Source of the DNA: an uncultured bacterium
GTDB taxonomy: Bacteria > Cyanobacteriota > Cyanobacteriia > CACIAM-69d
Assembly (NCBI GenBank): GCA_964655355.1
Contig: CAZZMD010000053.1
Span: forward strand, 562-32,561
Direction of reading: 5' to 3'
Length of the DNA: 32,000 nt
A program made the position numbers and the translations under genes. Under the pieces are notes generated by a model. The model worked only from the letters and a program-made list of their open reading frames with translations. It had not been told where the DNA came from and did no database searches. This document shows, piece by piece, positions 25,390 to 32,000 of this stretch (position 1 is the stretch's first letter; every line of letters starts with the position of its first letter).

Positions 25390-26157
25390 GTCTGCGGCGG
25401 CGGCTAATGCGTCCGCTAACTGATCAATTCTCGTTAAGGTCTCCAATACGCCCCGCTCCGTTAAAAACTGACTGGGGCGATGCTCCTCATACAGTAGCCA
25501 GCCGTGTTGGATTTCGATGCCATAGGTTCGTGCGCCCACTTCGGTCAAGGGTTTGCGGGGGGTCCAATCCGTCAAGAGTTGGTGCACGGTTGGATCCACT
25601 AGCAGTATCTGGGCGGGCGTTGCGGGGGTGCAATGGAGACGAAAGTGCCGGTCTAATCGGCGATCGCCACTTTTCTGCGAGGGTAATCGGCGACGGTGGG
25701 CAACGGTCAGCAAATCTCCGGAGGTTTTGGCGAGTAAATGCCCTGGCTTGGCACAGATGCAGTGAAAATGCTCCGGGAGTTGGGTTTTGATTGCCGCCCG
25801 CAGGGTGACATGTTGCCGGAGGGGGCGATCGCAACTATCAATGCGGGGATGGAGGCGTTCTCGATAAATTTCTGCGTCGTGTAATAAATCCGCAAACGCT
25901 ACCCCAATCACCACCGGGCGATCGCGATAGGTTCCCACTAACTGCGGTTGGTCCTGAAATAACCACCGCGCAAACTTATTCAGCGCCGGCCCCCCGGCTA
26001 CCATCTGATTAAACGGCTGAGGGTCGTAATCGAGTCCCAACGTATCGGCTAAGGCTTTCCAACGCCGGGTTAAAACATACCGTTGCCATAGAAGGATCGG
26101 GCAGGCGATCGCTGCCAATATCAAACTCAGAACCAACGTGGCTAACAGCGGTTGCAC
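25381..26157 (-). CDS. Hypothetical protein with an N-terminal transmembrane anchor
   Basis: 258-aa ORF, the longest in this interval. It has an N-terminal TM helix (LLATLVLSLILAAIACPILLW). I recognise no motif. Its 3' end overlaps the GH38 gene 3' end by 9 nt (convergent). Confidence 0.5.
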   Translation of the reverse strand: MQPLLATLVLSLILAAIACPILLWQRYVLTRRWKALADTLGLDYDPQPFNQMVAGGPALNKFARWLFQDQPQLVGTYRDRPVVIGVAFADLLHDAEIYRERLHPRIDSCDRPLRQHVTLRAAIKTQLPEHFHCICAKPGHLLAKTSGDLLTVAHRRRLPSQKSGDRRLDRHFRLHCTPATPAQILLVDPTVHQLLTDWTPRKPLTEVGARTYGIEIQHGWLLYEEHRPSQFLTERGVLETLTRIDQLADALAAAADSH

Positions 26158-26254
26158 AGACAGAAACTAGGGCTGGACTACAACTGAACGAGGACTGAAC
26201 GGAGAGCATAAAAATTAGCACATATCTTCCCTCCCGATGGTTCCCGGTTCGCCA

Positions 26255-26280
26255 CCCCCGGAAAATGCCCCCGGAAAATG
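26255..26280. repeat. Tandem duplication, 13-nt unit x2 (cccccggaaaatg) plus a degenerate third unit
   Basis: Copies lie at 26255-26267 and 26268-26280, followed by ccccaaaaacaca. The repeat sits ~100 nt upstream of the 258-aa hypothetical gene on the minus strand. Confidence 0.8.
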
Positions 26281-26411
26281 CCCCAAAAACACAAATCTGG
26301 AAATCCTGAGATAACGTTTAACCCGGAGGCTAAAGGCAAGACTCAAAATTTCCAGATCGTGTGAAATATTGCTTGTCGGTCAGACTGTGCCGCTAACAAG
26401 CTTGTATTGCA

Positions 26412-26436
26412 GGAAAATCAGGATTTGAAAATCCTA
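26412..26436 (-). terminator. Weak candidate terminator after cpeA
   Basis: On the minus strand, 20 nt after the cpeA stop: AGGAUU-UUCA-AAUCCU (26435..26420), followed by GAUUUUCCU. The stem is only 6 bp. Confidence 0.3.
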
Positions 26437-26455
26437 ACCGTCCTAGCAATAACTC

Positions 26456-26983
<528 letters not shown>

Positions 26984-27052
26984 TTAAACGCAGAGAAAAA
27001 GTCTTGATTTAAGCACGAGCCGCTTTTCAGCTAACCCAAGGCAAATCAATGA

Positions 27053-27640
<588 letters not shown>

Positions 27641-27669
27641 TTAACGGGTCAGCGTTAAGTGCAGCCTTT

Positions 27670-27689
27670 CAGGGATTTCTGTATCCCTG
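27670..27689 (-). promoter_or_regulatory. Perfect 7-bp hairpin/palindrome in the cpeB upstream leader
   Basis: CAGGGAT-ttctgt-ATCCCTG at 27670-27689, 63-82 nt upstream of the cpeB ATG. It could be a 5'-UTR stem-loop or a protein-binding dyad. The TSS is not known. Confidence 0.3.
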
Positions 27690-27874
27690 TGCACATTCGT
27701 AACCCTATTGGAAAAGCTTGGCGAACGGGGTCAGTTGTTCGAACAAAGCAATATTTTGTTACTTTCATTCCGGGGCTTTTCTCAGAAACCTTGGAAGAAC
27801 CCTGGATTGGTGGGGCGATCGCTGTTTTGCAACGGGGGTATTGTTCAGGTACAGGGGAGTATTTATGATCGGTT

Positions 27875-27926
27875 TCAGTTTTTCCGTGCCGATTTTCCGA
27901 GCCGATTTTCCGAGCCGTTTATCTGA
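27875..27926. repeat. Tandem array, 13-nt unit (gccgattttccga): two perfect copies flanked by degenerate copies
   Basis: The perfect copies lie at 27888-27900 and 27901-27913. The degenerate copies are tcagtttttccgt (27875-27887) and gccgtttatctga (27914-27926). The array sits in the divergent region between cpeB (ATG 27607) and the + ORF at 27998. Confidence 0.8.
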
Positions 27927-27997
27927 ACTGGTTTGTGCTTGGGATGGAACGGCGGATGGCTAAGGTCTTTATTAATTTCGTTTGAACTATTTGAACT

Positions 27998-28327
27998 ATG
28001 CAATCCCAAACTGCTGATTCCGCTGCTCCGAATACGCCTTCTGATTTGGCTGCTGATGGTGCGTCGACTGATGCTGAAACGACCGCCCAGGGCGGTGATG
28101 GGGCGGCGACTGCTGGGGCGGCTAGCTCCGATGAGGTGGAGGCGGTGATTGCAGAGCTGGAGACGTACCGCCAGCGTTTGGTGGATGAAACGATGGATGT
28201 GGCGCGCAAGCTTAAGCTGCCGAAGAAGGCGGCTCAGGCGCAGGTGGATCGCCATCCTGAGATTGCGAAGGTCTCTCAGATGATCCAAGGGTTGCGCGAT
28301 CGCCAAAATAATACGTCTGGTTCTTAA
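27998..28327 (+). CDS. Hypothetical small protein: acidic low-complexity N-terminus plus a C-terminal predicted helical/coiled-coil region
   Basis: 109 aa. The first ~45 aa are Ala/Asp/Thr/Gly/Ser-rich. The C-terminal half is EAVIAELETYRQRLVDETMDVARKLKLPKKAAQAQVDRHPEIAKVSQMIQGLRDRQ. It is more protein-like than the Arg/Ser/His-rich antisense ORF 27875..28306. Function unknown. A 9-nt duplication (tttgaacta x2, 27981-27998) abuts the ATG. Confidence 0.45.
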   Translation: MQSQTADSAAPNTPSDLAADGASTDAETTAQGGDGAATAGAASSDEVEAVIAELETYRQRLVDETMDVARKLKLPKKAAQAQVDRHPEIAKVSQMIQGLRDRQNNTSGS

Positions 28328-28513
28328 TTCTTAATAGGATTCAAACTTTAGTGCCATCGATTCCCTGACCTTAGAAACGGGTTCACCTATGCTTCAAGTT
28401 TTTTTGGGGTGAATGGGATCGATGGGCAAGACTTTTATGAGTGGATCGGGCTTCGTTTCTTAGAATCTTAGGGGTGACCCAGTCATTGTTTCCGCCTGCT
28501 GTTTCGATATTTG

Positions 28514-28539
28514 TCTCGCAGATTTATCTCGCAGATTTC
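28514..28539. repeat. Tandem duplication, 13-nt unit x2 (tctcgcagattt[a/c])
   Basis: Copies lie at 28514-28526 and 28527-28539, ending 2 nt before the ATG (28542) of the Apl-like gene. Confidence 0.85.
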
Positions 28540-28541
28540 CT

Positions 28542-29144
28542 ATGCAACTTAGCGATCGCGCCAAAGAATTAATCCCGAAAGCCCGTATCGTCAGTTTTCA
28601 CCAGTGGGAGGCCTATCTGTCTGCGGCGATCGCCCAGCGCTTCCGGGATGCGGATGATGCTTCGCGCTATCTCACGGATGAAGATTTTTCAGCGCTGCAA
28701 CCCTTGGCGGAACCGTCGGTGAAGGATGTGCCCCTCGAGCCGATTAATCTTCAGCTTTCCCGGCAGTTGCGGGACTTGGCGAGCGAGATTGTGACTGACG
28801 CACGTGGGCAGGTGCTAGGACAGTTCCCCGGTATTACAGACCCCGGCGGTGCCCTTTATCCCCAAATGCGGGCCGATGCCTGCTGGCGGGATTTTTGGCA
28901 GTTCCTACGGTGCGTTAGCTATGGCGTTGCGGGTAATAATAGCGCCTATCTCAGCCAGGAAGGGTTGGGCTATATGGCGTTGCTATATGAGGAACTTAAG
29001 GTGCCTTTGCCGGCCATGGTCGCGGGTATCAAAGCCCTTGCGGTCTCTAGCCTTAACCATTGCCAGCCTGCTCACCAGGATGATATCTCCGGTGTGGTTA
29101 ATGAATATTTTGATCCGCTCATTCAGGCCCTGGAAAGTTTTTAA
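28542..29144 (+). CDS. Allophycocyanin-like (Apl family) phycobiliprotein paralog, orphan (no alpha/beta partner gene)
   Basis: 200 aa. It aligns by eye with the globin-like phycobiliprotein fold of CpeB in this window and of allophycocyanins. RYLTDEDF matches RYLSPGEL. PGGALYPQMRADACWRDFWQFLRCVSYGVAGNN matches PGGNAY..M.A.CLRD..YYLR.V.Y..VAGD. LYEELKVPLPAMVAGIKAL matches Y..LG.P...V..... YFDPLIQAL matches YFD.V..A. It retains the Cys-x-Arg-Asp bilin site (Cys114) and has a ~28-aa N-terminal extension, as described for AplA of Fremyella diplosiphon. Confidence 0.7.
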   Translation: MQLSDRAKELIPKARIVSFHQWEAYLSAAIAQRFRDADDASRYLTDEDFSALQPLAEPSVKDVPLEPINLQLSRQLRDLASEIVTDARGQVLGQFPGITDPGGALYPQMRADACWRDFWQFLRCVSYGVAGNNSAYLSQEGLGYMALLYEELKVPLPAMVAGIKALAVSSLNHCQPAHQDDISGVVNEYFDPLIQALESF

Positions 29145-29169
29145 GTGTCTTGCGGTAGTTTGTGATTAA

Positions 29170-29910
29170 CTAGGCGGCGGCTAGCTGTCGCTCCAAATCA
29201 AATAGGAAGCCGTGGATATATTCTTCGGTCCACTCTTCCCCGTAAAAGCGTTTGAACATGCCTCGGGCGGGGTCTTTCTCCGCTCGATAGCGTAGGTATC
29301 GCAAGTGGGCTTCCTGGATCGTGTCCCGTTCTTCCAGGGGGGCGGGTTCGGCGGCGTCCACAAAATCTAGGTATAGATTCAGGTAATCCTTGAAGGCGTC
29401 GAAAACGTGGGTTTGTACCGCTTCGTCTTCCTGGGGGCGGGTCCACAAAAATGCCGGCGAGAAAAAGGTTTTTGCTTCTTCAGGGAAGTCTCCGCCCCAC
29501 GGTAAATCCTTCTGATAGCGATGGAATGTGTCCATCACTGGCTCGGAATATTTCTGCTGATATGCCTCGCTGTCTCGGAATAGGGGCTGCATATCCAAGG
29601 CAATTAAGTGTCCCCCGGGCAGGGTCACTAGGTCAGCGCCGAAAAAGGGCAGGTCGTATTCCAATCGAGGGAAAATTACGAAATTCAGCACTTGCACCAT
29701 GCCGCCTCCCTGCACATGGGCGGCTCGCACCTGTCGCAGTTTGTCCGAACAGACGGCATAGCTGGAGGTGGTTACGGTTTGTGCTTTGGCTTTGCTGCCG
29801 ACGCTCGCTTCTTTCTGCTCAAATCCCTCGGGGATGGGATAGGGCTCTAGGGGCAACCGTTCGTTTAGGGTGGTGATCGCGTGGTCCAAAAACGGTTGAT
29901 ATAAGGTCAT
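29170..29910 (-). CDS. pebB: Phycoerythrobilin:ferredoxin oxidoreductase
   Basis: 246 aa of the ferredoxin-dependent bilin reductase family. PebB-type motifs are present: [60 protein letters not shown] and [12 protein letters not shown]. It is the second gene after pebA. Confidence 0.9.
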   Translation of the reverse strand: MTLYQPFLDHAITTLNERLPLEPYPIPEGFEQKEASVGSKAKAQTVTTSSYAVCSDKLRQVRAAHVQGGGMVQVLNFVIFPRLEYDLPFFGADLVTLPGGHLIALDMQPLFRDSEAYQQKYSEPVMDTFHRYQKDLPWGGDFPEEAKTFFSPAFLWTRPQEDEAVQTHVFDAFKDYLNLYLDFVDAAEPAPLEERDTIQEAHLRYLRYRAEKDPARGMFKRFYGEEWTEEYIHGFLFDLERQLAAA

Positions 29911-29984
29911 GGCGCTAGAACGTACAGGGAAATTTCCCTAAACAATAAGGACGGAACAGGGGGAATTGTGGGGGCTGGATACCC

Positions 29985-30716
29985 TTATCGGCTAACCGCT
30001 GCTTCTACGGGCTTGGAGTCTGCAAATAGGAACTCGTGCAGGAAACGCTCGGCCCATTCGTGGCCGAAGTAGCTGCTGAAGAGTCCGTGGGCGGGATCCC
30101 GCTCGGCGCTGTATTGGTCGTAGTCTTTCTGGGCTTGGACAATCCGCTGAATGTCGGACGGGTCAGTCAATGGCGTCGCCTCGTCCATCATCTGGAAGTA
30201 GCGATCTAAATAATCTTTATAGGCCGCCAGCACCCGAGTGGAGATCATGTCGGCGTCAGCTTTGGCGAAAATTAAATACTTTGAAAAATATCGATTGGCG
30301 TCATAGAACTTCATGCCCAAGTTCTGCGCCAAGTCGTCATAGGACTCATAAATGGGCTTCATCGGCTCAATGTAGCGAGCCTGATAATCGTCATCCCGGA
30401 AGAGGGGTTGAAAGTCAATGACAACCAGGTTTTTACGCTGGTTAAAGGAGAGTAGGTCAATTCCTAGCAGGGGAATGTCGTAGGTGTGATGGGGATAAAT
30501 CACACTGTTGAAAACTTGAATCGTATCGCCGCCGTCAATGTAGGTGTAGCGAATTTTGCGGAATTGGGGGCAGCGATAATGCCAACTTTGAATGGTGGCG
30601 GGCGTTTTTCCTCGCTCGGAAACCTGTCGTTCTAAGCCGACGGGCATGGGCGCTGGCTGCAAGTCAAACCGCTGATGTAGGGCTTCTTCGAGGTGCTTTT
30701 GAAAAGGCTTATACAT
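29985..30716 (-). CDS. pebA: 15,16-dihydrobiliverdin:ferredoxin oxidoreductase
   Basis: The start is taken at MYKPFQKHLEE (ATG 30716..30714), giving 243 aa. PebA-type motifs are present: IQSWHYRCPQFRKIRYTYIDGGD.IQVFNSVIYP and YSAERDPAHGLFSSYFGHEWAERFLHEFLF. The track ORF start at 30788 adds 24 non-conserved residues. Confidence 0.9.
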   Translation of the reverse strand: MYKPFQKHLEEALHQRFDLQPAPMPVGLERQVSERGKTPATIQSWHYRCPQFRKIRYTYIDGGDTIQVFNSVIYPHHTYDIPLLGIDLLSFNQRKNLVVIDFQPLFRDDDYQARYIEPMKPIYESYDDLAQNLGMKFYDANRYFSKYLIFAKADADMISTRVLAAYKDYLDRYFQMMDEATPLTDPSDIQRIVQAQKDYDQYSAERDPAHGLFSSYFGHEWAERFLHEFLFADSKPVEAAVSR

Positions 30717-30884
30717 AAAAGGAAGGTTGCAATATCGCGCCCTAGGAAAATATCTCAAGTATAGGGAGGCTTCTCGACCACCTCTCATTTAGATGAAAAC
30801 AAAGACACGTTTCGTAATGTCAGATTTTTGCTGGGTATAACTACCTAGAAAAGAGAGGGGTGGGGGGAGTAATTGTGCGAGTTG

Positions 30885-31481
30885 TTATGCGGGTTGGTAT
30901 TGGGCGTGGTTGGCGATCGCCGCATCAAGCATGGCGTCGTCGATACAGCGGAATTCGGAGCAGTAGGCCATTAGGTTGACGCCGCCTGCGGTGCGGACGT
31001 TGCTGACCCGGACTCGCACGTCGTCGGTGACAAACCAGCAGCGTTCTTGCCCGCGATGGTTGTCGTAGTCGGTGTCGATGGTGAGCACGTGATCTTCGCT
31101 GAAGTTATAGCGGCTGATCACGGGGACCACCTCGACGTAGCCGCGATCGCGCAGGAGTCGACCTTTGCTGGGGTTGTCTTCGTCGGGCACGTCCACTAGC
31201 ACCGCCGCATATTTTTCGTTAAATGCTTTGGTGGATAGGTTGCCTTGCCAGCCAAAACTGGCGGCCCCGGTGGCTCGGCTGGGATCTACATTTTGCTGTT
31301 CACAAATGGCGATCGCTTCGGGGGCATCCGCCGGGAGGACGCGCACAATTAGGTTCGATTCCCCTGATTCGTCGTCGCTGCAATCGAAGTGATGAACTTG
31401 TCGTTGGGTATACCAAGTGCCTTCGCTTTTCAGGAAGAACTCCATCATGGTCGTGGGGTGAACAAGACGGGTGGGATTCAT
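30885..31481 (-). CDS. CpcS/CpeS-family (S/U-type) phycobiliprotein bilin lyase, probably CpeS or CpeU
   Basis: 198-aa ORF. MEFFLKSEGTWYTQRQVHHF...SGESNLIV...DPSRATGAASFGWQGN...VPDEDNPSKGRLLRDRGY.E..PV.SRY is the lipocalin-type S/U lyase pattern. The true start may be Met12 or Met13 (31448/31445). I cannot decide the S versus U subtype by eye. Confidence 0.8.
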   Translation of the reverse strand: MNPTRLVHPTTMMEFFLKSEGTWYTQRQVHHFDCSDDESGESNLIVRVLPADAPEAIAICEQQNVDPSRATGAASFGWQGNLSTKAFNEKYAAVLVDVPDEDNPSKGRLLRDRGYVEVVPVISRYNFSEDHVLTIDTDYDNHRGQERCWFVTDDVRVRVSNVRTAGGVNLMAYCSEFRCIDDAMLDAAIANHAQYQPA

Positions 31482-31653
31482 GGGGGCGACGCGAAAACGC
31501 TGGGGTGATTGGGCTCTAACAAGTCTAGGACGAGATGTTGGGACCGGCGCGATCGCCTTTTCGGTTATTCACAACCATTAACATTCGCCACAAATTCCCC
31601 CGGAACGGCCAATCTGCGATCGCTCCCCCGTACAATATGCCTCTGTATTTACC

Positions 31654-31680
31654 TTTGCATTATTTGCATTATTTGCATTA
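31654..31680. repeat. Tandem array, 9-nt unit x3 (tttgcatta)
   Basis: Perfect copies lie at 31654-31662, 31663-31671 and 31672-31680. The array sits in the divergent intergenic region between the lyase gene and the pentapeptide gene, ~110 nt upstream of the latter. Confidence 0.85.
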
Positions 31681-31790
31681 GCAGATGTATTGGCGAACTT
31701 TTGCGAGTGCTTCGTCCCACTTCACCGTTGTCGAGGGTACTCAAAGTTCTAAGCAAATTTCTATTAACAATAATTGATTGATTTTTGGCT

Positions 31791-32000
31791 ATGAGCACTG
31801 CCCTACCCCCGGTTTTAGTGGCGGCGATCGCCCAGGGGAAAACGATTCAAGCCCAGCATAATGATGTTTCTCCGTCGGACTCCCAGGGTTTGCCGTTTGC
31901 GGGGGGGACGCCGGAGCATTTGGATTTATATCAGGCAAATTTGGATGGGGCGGATTTGGCGGGGGCGTATTTGGTGGGGGTGCTCTTCACTAATGCGCGG
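31791..32000 (+). CDS. Pentapeptide-repeat protein; 5' part only, the gene runs off the right edge
   Basis: My own translation from the ATG at 31791 gives MSTALPPVLVAAIAQGKTIQAQHNDVSPSDSQGLPFAGGTPEHLDLYQANLDGADLAGAYLVGVLFTNAR, 70 codons open to the edge. The last 22 residues follow the A(D/N)LXX pentapeptide pattern. Confidence 0.6.
   Translation, partial: MSTALPPVLVAAIAQGKTIQAQHNDVSPSDSQGLPFAGGTPEHLDLYQANLDGADLAGAYLVGVLFTNAR

Noticed and set aside
27875-28306. 143-aa minus-strand ORF overlapping the small + ORF upstream of cpeB
   Set aside because: Its Arg/Ser/Leu/His-rich composition is typical of a shadow frame. It would also start inside the 13-nt repeat region. I prefer the + ORF 27998..28327, though only with moderate confidence.
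27998-28327. Possibility that the small ORF next to cpeBA is the PE activator CpeR
   Set aside because: CpeR proteins, as I remember them, are of similar length but are basic. They have a conserved W/F-rich N-terminal half (…WIR..HLIC.G..FIFETVD…). This ORF is acidic and low-complexity at the N-terminus and shares none of that pattern.
31509-31781. 90-aa + ORF between the lyase gene and the pentapeptide gene
   Set aside because: Its Cys/Ile-rich middle (ICLCIYLCIICIICISRCI) is simply the translation of the 9-nt tandem repeat and flanking AT-rich DNA. No start context or motif supports it.

Overview
The window is a cyanobacterial chromosomal segment. Two things show this: the HIP1 octamer GCGATCGC occurs about 80 times by my by-eye count, and a phycoerythrin gene set is present. 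It is densely coding, with about 32 CDS and one tRNA.

Gene content from left to right:
- a partial GerMN-like gene that runs off the left edge
- an HD-domain phosphohydrolase
- an FAD-dependent oxidoreductase
- a seven-gene Mrp-type cation/proton antiporter operon on the minus strand, in the order mrpC-D-E-F-G-(DUF4040)-B
- a PAS histidine kinase
- a minus-strand arsenic operon, merR-family regulator -> acr3 -> arsC
- a HAMP histidine kinase
- a solitary C5 cytosine DNA methyltransferase
- argS
- tRNA-Pro(GGG), a DUF1818 protein, a secreted hypothetical protein and rpoZ, all on the minus strand
- an alpha/beta hydrolase
- a FIST-domain protein
- a GH38 alpha-mannosidase
- a membrane-anchored hypothetical protein
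- a phycoerythrin cluster: cpeBA, a divergent small ORF plus an allophycocyanin-like (Apl-type) orphan phycobiliprotein paralog, pebAB, and a CpcS/CpeS-type bilin lyase
- a partial pentapeptide-repeat gene at the right edge

I found no rRNA, CRISPR array, transposase, integrase or prophage genes. I also did not find a clear-cut, wholly new multi-gene system.

The best candidates for follow-up are:
1. The arsenic operon is headed by a three-cysteine MerR-family regulator rather than ArsR. It sits behind a textbook MerR-type promoter, with a 20-bp spacer and an 8-bp dyad.
2. An Apl-type phycobiliprotein that keeps the CxRD bilin-attachment site is embedded in the phycoerythrin cluster, next to an unknown small acidic protein.
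3. Unrelated short tandem duplications recur in intergenic leaders, and five of them share the same 13-nt period.
4. HIP1 is extremely enriched and a solitary C5 methyltransferase is present, yet a 2.3-kb stretch over pebAB has no HIP1 at all.

All functional calls rest on motif recognition by eye. No database search was possible.
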